NCBI GenBank assembly: GCA_963667725.2
Contig: CAXXHO010000003.1
Coordinates: 1,408,001-1,472,000 of the forward strand
DNA from: Treponemataceae bacterium
GTDB lineage: Bacteria > Spirochaetota > Spirochaetia > Treponematales > Rectinemataceae
Direction of reading: 5' to 3'
DNA: 64,000 nucleotides
A program made the translations under genes and the position numbers. The notes beneath the pieces are model-generated. The model was not told where the DNA came from and ran no database searches. It saw nothing but the letters and a program-made list of their open reading frames with translations. Below are positions 9,661-19,091 of the stretch, in pieces (positions within the stretch are counted from its first letter, which is position 1; the number at the start of each line of letters is the position of its first letter).

Positions 9661-10752
9661 ATGGACAAGAAATCGAATCCGACATTGAAGCAGGTTGCCG
9701 AGCTCTCGGGCTTTTCGCAGGCTTCGGTGTCCATGATCCTGAACAAGCGAAGTGATGTCTCCTTTTCCGAGGAAACCGTGCGCCTGGTACTGAATGCCGC
9801 GAAAAAACTTGGCTATGAAAAATCCGCCGGCGTCAGCCGGAAGAAGCGTCTTGCAGGCAAGAATATTATCGCCGTATTCTGCCCCAATATTTCCAATCCC
9901 TACTATTCGACCCTCGCCCAGGCGATCGAGCAGTCCGCCTGGGAGAAAGACTTTCAGGTAATGATAATCAATACCTATCGCTCCCCCGATGTCGAAGCCA
10001 AGAATCTTTCCATTCTCCAGGAGGCGGAAATCGCCGGCCTCATCTTCACCATGCCGCCGCAGGTTCCCCGCGCCCTGGAGAAGACGAACAGAAGCGTTCC
10101 TGCCGTCCTCATCATCGATAAAGGCTCGTCCATAAACCTGGACACGGTGGAAATGGACAATCACGGGGCTGGCGTTCTCATAGCCAGGCACCTCCTGGGA
10201 CTTGGACACAGGCATATCGCCTACGTTTCCACGACCCTCGACGACGCCAACAGCATGCGCCTCCGCCGCCTTAGAGGCCTGGAGGAGACATTCCGGGCCG
10301 AATGCCCCGGAGGAAGCGTTCTTGTCCGCGCGCGCGACGTGACGCCGGCCGAGGAACTGCAGGATCTCTTCATAGAACATCATGTCGGCTACGAACTCGC
10401 CAAGGAATGTTTGGCGGATAGGAAAATCACCGCCTTCGTGGCGGTGAACGATATGGTGGCTTATGGGGTCATCGACGCTATCGCGTCGGAGAATCTCAGG
10501 GTTCCCGATGACTACAGCGTCTGCGGTTTTGACAACATCTTCCCTTCCAGACTCTCTCCCATCTCCCTCACCACCGTGGACAGCTACATCATAGACAAGG
10601 GACACAACGCTTTTGCCATGCTGTACAGTCGGCTGAACGGTTCCAAGGCTGCATTGACGGGACCTGATGTCATAACCCGCGTGGAGTATCCGCCCAGGCT
10701 CATGGTCAGAGACTCCACCTCGCGGGCGAAAGACTCGCCCGAAGGACGCTAG
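9661..10752 (+). CDS. LacI-family transcriptional regulator
   Basis: N-terminal HTH (PTLKQVAELSGFSQASVSMILN) and sugar-binding domain (NDMVAYG, VPDDYSVCGFDN, LTTV). Confidence 0.93.
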   Translation: MDKKSNPTLKQVAELSGFSQASVSMILNKRSDVSFSEETVRLVLNAAKKLGYEKSAGVSRKKRLAGKNIIAVFCPNISNPYYSTLAQAIEQSAWEKDFQVMIINTYRSPDVEAKNLSILQEAEIAGLIFTMPPQVPRALEKTNRSVPAVLIIDKGSSINLDTVEMDNHGAGVLIARHLLGLGHRHIAYVSTTLDDANSMRLRRLRGLEETFRAECPGGSVLVRARDVTPAEELQDLFIEHHVGYELAKECLADRKITAFVAVNDMVAYGVIDAIASENLRVPDDYSVCGFDNIFPSRLSPISLTTVDSYIIDKGHNAFAMLYSRLNGSKAALTGPDVITRVEYPPRLMVRDSTSRAKDSPEGR

Positions 10753-10753
10753 G

Positions 10754-11479
10754 ATGAGCAGGGTGTTCGCGCACAGGGGTTTGAGCGCTTCGTATCCAGA
10801 GAACACGATCCTCGCTTTCGGGAAAGCCATCGAAGCGGGCTGCGAAGGCATCGAACTGGATGTCCAGCTTTCGCGGGACGGCGAGCTCGTCATCATCCAC
10901 GACGAGACGATAGACAGGACAACAGACGGCAAGGGGAAGGTCAGGGATTTTTCTTTTGAGGAACTGCGGCGCTTCGACGCGAGCGGACGATTCGCGGGTA
11001 GCCATGGTTTCAACTCCATACCCGAACTTTCGGAATACTTCGATCTGGTGAAGGACCGGTCCATCATCACGAATATCGAGCTCAAGAACAGTGTATTCGC
11101 CTATCCCGGCATCGAGGAAAAACTTATCGCCATGGTCGGGAAATATGGGCTTGCCGACAGGGTGCTCTACTCGTCGTTCAACCACCAGTCCCTCCTGAAG
11201 TGCAGACAGATCGCGCCCCGCTGCGAAATCGCTTTCATCATCAGCTCCTGGCTGATTTCGGCTGGATCCTACTGCAGGCTGCATGGCGGCAACTACATCA
11301 ATCCGCGCTTCGGCTTTCTGACTAATGAGAATATGGAAGAACTGCTTGAAAACGGCATCAGGGCCATGGCCTGGACCGTGGACGAGCCCGCGGAAATGAA
11401 AAGGCTCGCCGGCATGGGGGTCGATTCCCTCATCACCAACGAGCCTCTGCTCGCTCTCGACGTTTTAGGCAGCCGCTAG
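10754..11479 (+). CDS. Cytoplasmic glycerophosphodiester phosphodiesterase (GDPD, UgpQ/GlpQ family)
   Basis: AHRG, PENT, ELDVQLSRDG.LVIIHD, NIELK, SSF, AWTVD and ITN motifs. No signal peptide. Confidence 0.92.
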   Translation: MSRVFAHRGLSASYPENTILAFGKAIEAGCEGIELDVQLSRDGELVIIHDETIDRTTDGKGKVRDFSFEELRRFDASGRFAGSHGFNSIPELSEYFDLVKDRSIITNIELKNSVFAYPGIEEKLIAMVGKYGLADRVLYSSFNHQSLLKCRQIAPRCEIAFIISSWLISAGSYCRLHGGNYINPRFGFLTNENMEELLENGIRAMAWTVDEPAEMKRLAGMGVDSLITNEPLLALDVLGSR

Positions 11480-13215
11480 AGTTCGAGCGACTTGGTCGCT
11501 ATCCTGTCCAGGACTCTGGCGACGAAGACGTCGAGCGCCATGCCATTCTCCTGCCGCCCGTCCCTGAAACGCACCGAAACGGCTTTTTCGTCCATTTCCT
11601 TCTGTCCGACCACCAGCATATAGGGAATTTTCTGGTTCTGCGCGTCGCGGATTTTCGCGTTCATGCGCGAGTCGGAGAGGTCGGCGCGAGCCCGCATTCC
11701 GGCGGCCTTGAGATCGCCCACCAGCTTCTTGGCATAGTCGTCGAAGGCGGGAGCGACGGGGATTATCGTCACCTGCTCAGGGCAGAGCCATACGGGGAAG
11801 GCGCCCGCGGTGTGCTCGAGGTAGACGCCGAAGAAGCGCTCGATCGAACCCAAGAGGGCGCGGTGGACCATGTACGGCCGCTTGCGCTGTCCGTCGGCGT
11901 CGACGTAGGTCATGTCGAAGCGTTCGGGCTCGTTGAAGTCGAACTGTATGGTGGTCAGCTGCCATTCGCGACCGATGGCATCCTTCACTTTGAGGTCGAT
12001 CTTGGGTCCGTAGAAGGCGCCGCCGCCCTCGTCTATCTCGTAGGCGAGACCTTCCTTGTCCACGGCCTTGCGGAGGCTCTCGAGGGCTGCGCTCCACATC
12101 TCGGGGGCGCCGACGGAGTCCTCGGGATTAGATGGCTTGGTGGCCAGGTATGCTTTGATTTCCTTGAAGCCGAGGGTCTTGTGCATAAACAGGGAGAAGC
12201 GCAGGACTTCGGCGATCTCGTCCTGGATCTGATCCGGCGTGCAGATGATGTGGGCGTCGTCCTGGGTGAAGCCGCGCACGCGCATGAGCCCGTGCAGGGT
12301 GCCCGAGCGTTCGTAGCGGTAGACGGTGCCAAGCTCGGCCCAGCGCAGGGGTAGGTCCCGGTAGGAGTGGTTGTTCGTCTTGTAGATCATGATATGGAAG
12401 GGGCAGTTCATCGGCTTGAGATAGTAGTCATCCTCGTCGATCTTCATCGACGAGTACATGCCCGCCTTGTAGAAGCCGAGGTGTCCGGAAGTCTCCCAGA
12501 GCCAGCTCTTGCCGATATGAGGGGTGAATAGCACCTCGTAGCCGTTCTTGTAGTGCTCGTCGCGCCACCAGTTTTCGAGGGCGACACGGAAGCGTCCGCC
12601 CTTGGGATGCCAGTACACGAGACCTGGCCCCGCCTCTTCGTGCGTCGAGAAGAGATCCATATCCTTGCCGAGTTTGCGGTGGTCGCGCTTTTCGGCTTCC
12701 TCCAGCAACTTGAGGTGAGCCTCTAGATCGGCCTTGGAGGCGAAGCAGAAGGCGTAGACGCGGGTGAGCATCGGGCGCTTCTCGTCGCCGCGCCAGTAGG
12801 CTCCCGCGATGGTCTTGAGCTTGAAGCAATCGGGCCGGATAGAGCGGGTATTCTCCAGATGAGGTCCCCTGCAGAGATCCATGAAGCCATCCTGCTCGTA
12901 TATGGAAATGGTTCCGTCCTCCAGGTCCTCGATCAGCTCCAGCTTGAAAGGCTGGTCGGCGAAGAGCGCCCTCGCCTCTTCCTTGGAGACTTCCTTCCTG
13001 ACGAAAGCGTGTCCGCCGGAGATGATGCGTCTCATCTCCTTCTCGATCGAGGGAAGGTCTTCATTCGTTATTGGGGCAGGCAGGAGGAAATCGTAGTAGA
13101 ATCCCTCGTCGATCGCGGGTCCTATCCCGAACTTGGTGCCGGGAAAGAGATGCAGCACCGCCTCAGCCATAACATGGGCGGCCGAATGCCTCACCATGTT
13201 CACGTCGTTCACCAT
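11476..13215 (-). CDS. thrS: Threonine--tRNA ligase (short form without TGS domain)
   Basis: RHSAAH, DLCRGPH, GAYWRGD, RDHRKLG, KPMNCP, GLMRVRGFTQDDAH, AFYGPKID, HRALLGSIERF. Confidence 0.98.
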   Translation of the reverse strand: MVNDVNMVRHSAAHVMAEAVLHLFPGTKFGIGPAIDEGFYYDFLLPAPITNEDLPSIEKEMRRIISGGHAFVRKEVSKEEARALFADQPFKLELIEDLEDGTISIYEQDGFMDLCRGPHLENTRSIRPDCFKLKTIAGAYWRGDEKRPMLTRVYAFCFASKADLEAHLKLLEEAEKRDHRKLGKDMDLFSTHEEAGPGLVYWHPKGGRFRVALENWWRDEHYKNGYEVLFTPHIGKSWLWETSGHLGFYKAGMYSSMKIDEDDYYLKPMNCPFHIMIYKTNNHSYRDLPLRWAELGTVYRYERSGTLHGLMRVRGFTQDDAHIICTPDQIQDEIAEVLRFSLFMHKTLGFKEIKAYLATKPSNPEDSVGAPEMWSAALESLRKAVDKEGLAYEIDEGGGAFYGPKIDLKVKDAIGREWQLTTIQFDFNEPERFDMTYVDADGQRKRPYMVHRALLGSIERFFGVYLEHTAGAFPVWLCPEQVTIIPVAPAFDDYAKKLVGDLKAAGMRARADLSDSRMNAKIRDAQNQKIPYMLVVGQKEMDEKAVSVRFRDGRQENGMALDVFVARVLDRIATKSLEL

Positions 13216-13230
13216 AGCACAGCTCCTTTT

Positions 13231-13650
13231 TCGCTGCCTTGAAAGCCCTTGAGGGTTCAGGCGGCGAGTGTCAAATACGACGCGGCCCCCATCGCAATAC
13301 GCCCATACGGGAAGCCGCGCTTCTCGTAAGGACGAATCGCATGGGGGCCTATGGAACTCAAGACGCGCTTCACAGCCGTCCGACGTTAGGCTTCACGATG
13401 ATCCGCGGTGCCACCTTACTTCGGCTCCCCGCGACGGGGGCCGCTCTCGACGCCTTTGACGGAAGGCCGCCGGAACCGGATACTCGCCCCTCAAAGGGGA
13501 GGCTTTCACCGGAACTGCTACGGAGTGGTTTTCTTCGGCGCCGCGACGGGATCCTTCCACCCAGAGGTTCGCGGCTATTGTCGCGCGACGCTCGGGATCC
13601 CTCTCTCATGACGCTGAGCAAGCCGAATACTTGTCTCCATCATCGCATTT
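13231..13650 (-). ncRNA. T-box riboswitch (Thr, specifier ACC) in the thrS leader
   Basis: Minus strand, in order: GCGATGA kink-turn, AGTA S-turn, GAGAGAG AG-bulge, GGTGGAA distal loop, GAAA-ACC-A specifier (13527-13529), stem II with TGAAA/AGTA S-turn, CCGTCA F-box, stem III, then T-box GTAAGGTGGCACCGCGG (13403-13419) pairing with TTCGTCCTTAC. Confidence 0.92.
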
Positions 13651-13654
13651 AGCT

Positions 13655-13685
13655 AAATATCCTACGGAGCGCAGCCGAATGTCAA
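13655..13685 (-). promoter_or_regulatory. Putative sigma-70 promoter of the thrS leader
   Basis: Consensus TTGACA at 13685-13680 with a weak -10 (GATATT, 18-bp spacer) just upstream of T-box stem I. Confidence 0.55.
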
Positions 13686-13787
13686 GCATGACACCTGTGC
13701 ATCGTCGACCGGCCGGAGCCGCTTGCCTGCGGAAATGCCTCCGCTATTTCCAAACACCTTGTTTATAATTATATTCGTAGATATTTT

Positions 13788-14114
13788 ATGAACAGCATGA
13801 ATGGACAACTATCGAACGAAGGCCAAGAGGTATCCCAGGAGGAACGGATCGTCGAACCGAAAGAACCCGAAGAGTACAGGGTTCTTCTTTTAAACGACGA
13901 TTTCACGACCATGGAATTTGTCGTCTCCGTACTCATGACGATCTTTCACAAATCCCTGCAGGAAGCCAACAAGATCATGATCGACGTACACAGGAAAGGC
14001 AGGGGCATCGTCGGCGATTACTGCTATGACATCGCCGCCACAAAAATCAATCAGGTACACCTGCTCGCGAGGCAAATGGGCTTTCCGCTGCGATGTACCA
14101 TGGAGAAAGTATAA
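13788..14114 (+). CDS. clpS: ATP-dependent Clp protease adaptor ClpS
   Basis: YRVLLLNDDFTTMEFVV, VHRKGRG, FPLRC. Confidence 0.96.
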   Translation: MNSMNGQLSNEGQEVSQEERIVEPKEPEEYRVLLLNDDFTTMEFVVSVLMTIFHKSLQEANKIMIDVHRKGRGIVGDYCYDIAATKINQVHLLARQMGFPLRCTMEKV

Positions 14115-14117
14115 GGT

Positions 14118-16433
14118 ATGAAGGTAAGCCAGGAAGTCCAGGCCATTTTCAATGCGGCCTATAACGAAGCGAAACTCAGGAATCACGAATATCTCACGCC
14201 TGAGCACATACTCTACGCGGGTCTCTCCTTCGAGAAGGTCAGGCTTGTCATGGAAAACTGCGACGCCGACACAGACCAGCTCAAGCGCGGCATCGAAGCG
14301 TATTTCGAGCAGAAGGTTCCCGTGGTGCGCAGCCCCGCCGAACCCGTCCAGACCTCTTCCTTCCAGGCCGTCATAGAAAGGGCGGTAATGCAGTCCCAGG
14401 CTTCGGGCAAGGACGAAGTGGAGGTCTCAGACCTTATCGTCTCGCTCTACGACGAAGAAAGAACCTATGCGGGCTATTACATGCGCAAGCTCGGCATCAA
14501 ACGCCTGCAGCTACTCGAAGTGCTCTCCCATGGGATGGACGATTCCGACGATGGATACATTCTCGGCGGCATGGAGGATGGCGATGCCAAGCCTGAGCTC
14601 GAGGGCAAGGAAAAACGCGCGGGCAAGCCAGGTCCCCTCGAGCGTTTCGCGACCGACCTCACGGCGCAGGCGACGGCGGGCAAGCTCGAGCCCGTGATCG
14701 GCCGCGACGCGGAAATCGAGAGGACCATCCAGGTCCTCTGCAGGCGCCTCAAGAACAACCCCATCCACGTGGGCGACGCTGGCGTAGGCAAGACCGCCAT
14801 AACGGAAGGCCTAGCACAGCGCATCGTGGCGGGCAAGGTCCCTCCCCTTCTCAAGGACTATACGATTTACAGCCTCGACATGGGCGCCCTCCTCGCCGGT
14901 ACCAAGTTCCGCGGCGATTTCGAGGAGAGAGTCAAGAAAGTGGTCGATATCCTCCTCAAGAAGGAAAAGGCCATTCTCTTCATAGACGAAATACATACGA
15001 TCGTCGGCGCTGGAGCGGTGACGGGCGGATCCATGGACGCGTCCAACCTTCTCAAGCCGGCCCTCACCTCGGGCAAACTCCGCTGCATCGGTTCTACCAC
15101 CTATGACGAGTACAACAAGATATTCGAAAAGGACAGGGCTCTGTCGCGCCGTTTCCAGAAGATCGACATCGTCGAGCCCAGCCAGGCCGAAACGGTGGAA
15201 ATCCTTAAAGGTCTTCGTTCCAAGTACGAGGATTATCATAAGGTCCGCTATACCGACGAGGCCCTGGAGGCCTCGGTGAGGCTTTCCGCGCAGTTCATCA
15301 CCGAACGCAGGCTCCCCGACAAAGCCATCGACGTGATCGACGAAGCCGGAGCGAGCGCCAGGATCAAGGCCTTCAAGACCGGCGAGGAAACGGAAAATTT
15401 GGTCATCGATATTAAAGTGCCCGAAATCGAGACCGTCGTCGCCAAGATAGCGCGCATTCCCGAACGCTCCGTGACGTCTTCCGAGAAGGATAGGCTCGCC
15501 AGCCTGGAGACTTCCCTCAAGCGCGACGTATTCGGACAGGATCCGGCCATTGACGCTGTCGTCAAGGCAGTGAAGCGCAGTCGCGCCGGATTCAGGGCTC
15601 CCGACAAGCCCGTGGCGAACTTCCTCTTCGTCGGCCCCACGGGCGTGGGCAAGACCGAACTCGCCAGGCAGCTGGCCAAGCAGCTGGGCGTCGTCCTCCA
15701 CCGCTTCGACATGAGCGAATACCAGGAAAAGCATACGGTATCGCGCCTCATCGGCTCGCCCCCCGGCTATGTGGGCTACGAGGAAGGCGGCCTGCTCACC
15801 GACGCCGTGCGCAAGAGCCCTCATGCCGTCGTCCTCCTCGACGAGATCGAGAAAGCGCACTCCGACATCTACAATATCCTCCTTCAGATAATGGATTACG
15901 CCACCCTCACCGACAATCAGGGCAGGAAGGCCGACTTCAGGAACGTCATCCTCATCATGACGAGCAACGCGGGAGCGCGGGATGTCGGCAAGAACCTCAT
16001 CGGCTTTGGCGACCGCTCGGTCACGAACTCAGCCCTCGACGAAGCGGTGGAGCGCGCCTTCACGCCCGAATTCCGCAACAGGCTGGACGCCGTCGTCCAT
16101 TTCGGCAACCTGCCCATGGAGATTATCGAAAGGATAGTGATCAAGGCCCTGGACGATTTCAGGGCTCAGCTCGCGGAGAAGAAAGTGAAGCTCGTGACGA
16201 ACGAGACCGTAATCAAGCATCTGGCCGAAAAGGGCTATTCCAAGGAATTCGGGGCGCGTAACATTGGCCGCCTGATCGAAGACAAGATCAAATCCTTCTT
16301 TGTCGACGAAGTCCTCTTCGGAAGGCTCGAGCATGGCGGCACGGCGATAGCCGACGTTATCGGCGGGGAGATCAGCTTCTCCGTCGCGCCTCAACTCGAC
16401 GAGGCGCTGCAGCCGGTCGAAACGCATTCCTGA
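14118..16433 (+). CDS. clpA: ATP-dependent Clp protease ATP-binding subunit ClpA
   Basis: HEYLTPEH N-domain and two AAA+ modules ([33 protein letters not shown]). No long middle domain. Directly follows clpS. Confidence 0.96.
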   Translation: MKVSQEVQAIFNAAYNEAKLRNHEYLTPEHILYAGLSFEKVRLVMENCDADTDQLKRGIEAYFEQKVPVVRSPAEPVQTSSFQAVIERAVMQSQASGKDEVEVSDLIVSLYDEERTYAGYYMRKLGIKRLQLLEVLSHGMDDSDDGYILGGMEDGDAKPELEGKEKRAGKPGPLERFATDLTAQATAGKLEPVIGRDAEIERTIQVLCRRLKNNPIHVGDAGVGKTAITEGLAQRIVAGKVPPLLKDYTIYSLDMGALLAGTKFRGDFEERVKKVVDILLKKEKAILFIDEIHTIVGAGAVTGGSMDASNLLKPALTSGKLRCIGSTTYDEYNKIFEKDRALSRRFQKIDIVEPSQAETVEILKGLRSKYEDYHKVRYTDEALEASVRLSAQFITERRLPDKAIDVIDEAGASARIKAFKTGEETENLVIDIKVPEIETVVAKIARIPERSVTSSEKDRLASLETSLKRDVFGQDPAIDAVVKAVKRSRAGFRAPDKPVANFLFVGPTGVGKTELARQLAKQLGVVLHRFDMSEYQEKHTVSRLIGSPPGYVGYEEGGLLTDAVRKSPHAVVLLDEIEKAHSDIYNILLQIMDYATLTDNQGRKADFRNVILIMTSNAGARDVGKNLIGFGDRSVTNSALDEAVERAFTPEFRNRLDAVVHFGNLPMEIIERIVIKALDDFRAQLAEKKVKLVTNETVIKHLAEKGYSKEFGARNIGRLIEDKIKSFFVDEVLFGRLEHGGTAIADVIGGEISFSVAPQLDEALQPVETHS

Positions 16434-16440
16434 AAGCGAG

Positions 16441-17223
16441 ATGATCCGTTTCCTGCGATCCGTACCTCATCTCGATGAAGGCTGCTCCTATTCGTTTCCT
16501 CCCGTGGACGGGTCTTCCCCCGAAGGCATCGTATGCGCGGGAGGCAACCTTTCGCCCGGAGTCCTTCTATCCTCCTACAGGCAGGGGATTTTTCCCTGGT
16601 ACGGCGAAGGCGACCCCATTCTTTGGTGGAGCCCCAATCCGCGCTTCGCGGTGCTTCCGGAGACCTTTCACCTTCCGGCAAGTTCAAGAAAACTGTTGAA
16701 ACACCATAATTTCAAGCTCAGCCTCGACAGGGAATTCGGCCAGGTGATTTCCCGCTGCGCCAGCGTTCAAAGGCCGGGCCAGGACGGCACATGGATTCTC
16801 CCGGAGATGAGGAATGCCTATGAAAAACTCCATGAACTGGGCTATGCCCACTCGGTGGAAGTCTGGCATGAAGGTTCTCTGGCGGGAGGTCTCTACGGCA
16901 TCAGCCTGGGCGGAGCCTTCTTCGGGGAATCCATGTTCAGCCTGGAAAGCGGGGCTTCGCGCGCGGGCTTTCTCTGTCTGGCGATGATGCTGTTCGAGCA
17001 GGGGTTCACGCTGATAGACAGCCAGGTCCATACGGAGTATGTCGCTGGCATGGGGGGCGTCGACCTGCCGCGCGGCGCTTATCTGCGGCGCCTCGAAGCA
17101 TCCCTGCCGCAAGGGGACAGAAAAGGCTCCTGGGAAGACGCCTTTCCGCTGTTCCCCGCCTCAAAAGCCCTGGCCGACATAGCCGGCGCCGATAAGATCG
17201 ACGCGAGCCGCGCGGAACCATAG
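16441..17223 (+). CDS. aat: Leucyl/phenylalanyl-tRNA--protein transferase
   Basis: GGNLSP..LL..YRQGIFPW, ILWWSPNPR, AHSVEVW, GGLYG, FFGESMFS. Confidence 0.95.
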   Translation: MIRFLRSVPHLDEGCSYSFPPVDGSSPEGIVCAGGNLSPGVLLSSYRQGIFPWYGEGDPILWWSPNPRFAVLPETFHLPASSRKLLKHHNFKLSLDREFGQVISRCASVQRPGQDGTWILPEMRNAYEKLHELGYAHSVEVWHEGSLAGGLYGISLGGAFFGESMFSLESGASRAGFLCLAMMLFEQGFTLIDSQVHTEYVAGMGGVDLPRGAYLRRLEASLPQGDRKGSWEDAFPLFPASKALADIAGADKIDASRAEP

Positions 17224-17276
17224 AATATTTTGCGGTTTTCCCGTACATTTAAGTCAATGACAGGACGTTCAGGACA

Positions 17277-19091
17277 ATGAAAATACTATTCGTGCAGCTG
17301 CCCGTGCAGGATCCCGACTGGAACGACGCGGCGGCCAACGTGCCGTTGGCCGCCGGCTATCTCACCGCCTACGCCGAATCCCAGGGGCTGCTTCAAAGAT
17401 CGGAATGGAGCATCCTCGACCAGGACATAACCAACTGCGCCTCCGATACAGCCATCATCGAAACCCTCGCGGCAGCGGAACCCGATGTCGTGGCCTTCAG
17501 TCTCTACGCATGGAACCTGGAGCGAAGCCTCTATATAGCCGGCAAGGCCAAGGACAGGCTTCCGAGAACCCGGTTCATCGCCGGCGGTCCCGAGGTGATC
17601 GACGGCATGCCCATCATGTCCAGGTCCCCCTTCAACGCCCTCGTTTCGGGCGAAGGCGAAATTCCCTTTTCGGAAATCCTGCGCGACATCAAACAGCACC
17701 GGCCTCTCTCCAAACTCTATAAAGCCGAGGGTCTGCTCGATTTGGCGACCCTTCCCAATCCCTACCTGGCGGGCACCCTGCCCATGGTCAAGGACAGTCC
17801 CGTCCATATAGAGACCATGCGCGGCTGCCCCTACCACTGCGCCTACTGTTTTTACGGGAAAAACTACCCCACTCTCAGGCGCTATCCGGACGAGCAGGCC
17901 ATATCCCTCATAAGAAAGGCCTCCCAGGTGGGATCCTCCGAACTGTACATAATGGATCCTTCTTTCCAGTTCGGCGCCGACCTGGAGACGAGGCTGGCCG
18001 CCTTCGCGGACGCGAACACCGCGGCGATCCCGATGCACACCGAGATGAGGCTGGATTCCGTGACTGAAAAGCTGGGCTCCCTCCTGAAATCGGCGGGCAT
18101 CGCATCCATCGAGGCAGGTCTCCAGAGCATCAACCCCAAGGCCCTCGAGGCCGTCAATCGCGGCATGGACAAGGACGGCTTCGTGCGCGGCGCCGAGATC
18201 CTCCAGAAACAGCACATCATCATAAAGACGGGACTCATCCTGGGCCTGCCCTTCGACGGCTACGAGCAGGTCATAGAAACCTTCGATTTCCTCGGCATGC
18301 ACGGTCTCGGCCAGGAGGCGGAACTCTACCCCCTCTCCTTCCTGCCGGGGACGGATGCGAGGGAGAGAGCCGACGAATGGCGCATGTCGCGCATGGAACT
18401 GCCCCCTTATTGGGTGACGAGCAATGACTGGATTTCCGGGGACGATATGATCGACGCGATAGCTTCCTTCGAGGAAAGTTTCGATGTCGAGTGGGCTTCT
18501 CCGCCCTCACCTCACTTTTCGGCCGAAAAGTCCGGATACAAGGCCTTCGTCGACACGAGAAAGCTGGAAAACATCGACTGGATGCGCCTGAATCCCACGA
18601 GGCTGGCCAATTCCGTGACCCTCCTGGCCGACGCCGACGACCCGGAAAGTCTTTCCAGGCTCGTCCGCGCCGCCAGGGATCTGCGGCGGGACAATCCCTA
18701 TACCCTGTACCAGATCATCCTCATGAGCGACACGAGAATACCCTCCGAACGCCTGGTGGAGCGCATCCAGGATGCCTTCATCTATCCGGACCATTATTAC
18801 GAACTATCGCATTTCTTCTCGCCCGATCCCCAGGAAGGCTACCAGACGAGGATGTTCTTCGCCACGAAGAATTTCGCCCTCGCCTACCGGGCCATAGAGG
18901 AAGCGCAGGACCTGGAGACGATGGTGATAATATCGGCCAAGGCCGGGTACAACGCCGAAAGGCTCTCCGAGCTCCTTCCCTATGTCATTTTCGACCGGGA
19001 GAGAATCCCCTTCGACAGACTCTACGAACTGCTTACGCTCTACGCGGACTTTCCCCACATGCTCATCGAGGCGCCCGAAGACCTGTTCTAG
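17277..19091 (+). CDS. Cobalamin-binding radical SAM protein with an extra C-terminal domain
   Basis: N-terminal B12-binding-like region (PLAAGYL, DVVAFSLYAWN, AGGPE), ETMRGCPYHCAYC cluster motif, and about 200 aa of unrecognised C-terminus. Confidence 0.88.
   Translation: MKILFVQLPVQDPDWNDAAANVPLAAGYLTAYAESQGLLQRSEWSILDQDITNCASDTAIIETLAAAEPDVVAFSLYAWNLERSLYIAGKAKDRLPRTRFIAGGPEVIDGMPIMSRSPFNALVSGEGEIPFSEILRDIKQHRPLSKLYKAEGLLDLATLPNPYLAGTLPMVKDSPVHIETMRGCPYHCAYCFYGKNYPTLRRYPDEQAISLIRKASQVGSSELYIMDPSFQFGADLETRLAAFADANTAAIPMHTEMRLDSVTEKLGSLLKSAGIASIEAGLQSINPKALEAVNRGMDKDGFVRGAEILQKQHIIIKTGLILGLPFDGYEQVIETFDFLGMHGLGQEAELYPLSFLPGTDARERADEWRMSRMELPPYWVTSNDWISGDDMIDAIASFEESFDVEWASPPSPHFSAEKSGYKAFVDTRKLENIDWMRLNPTRLANSVTLLADADDPESLSRLVRAARDLRRDNPYTLYQIILMSDTRIPSERLVERIQDAFIYPDHYYELSHFFSPDPQEGYQTRMFFATKNFALAYRAIEEAQDLETMVIISAKAGYNAERLSELLPYVIFDRERIPFDRLYELLTLYADFPHMLIEAPEDLF

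Noticed and set aside
13239..13652. Short ORFs on both strands upstream of thrS, and a possible RNase P RNA or tmRNA
   Set aside because: The region is fully explained by the T-box. The ORFs have no recognisable motifs, and the RNase P GAGGAAAGUCC signature and tRNA-like ends are absent.
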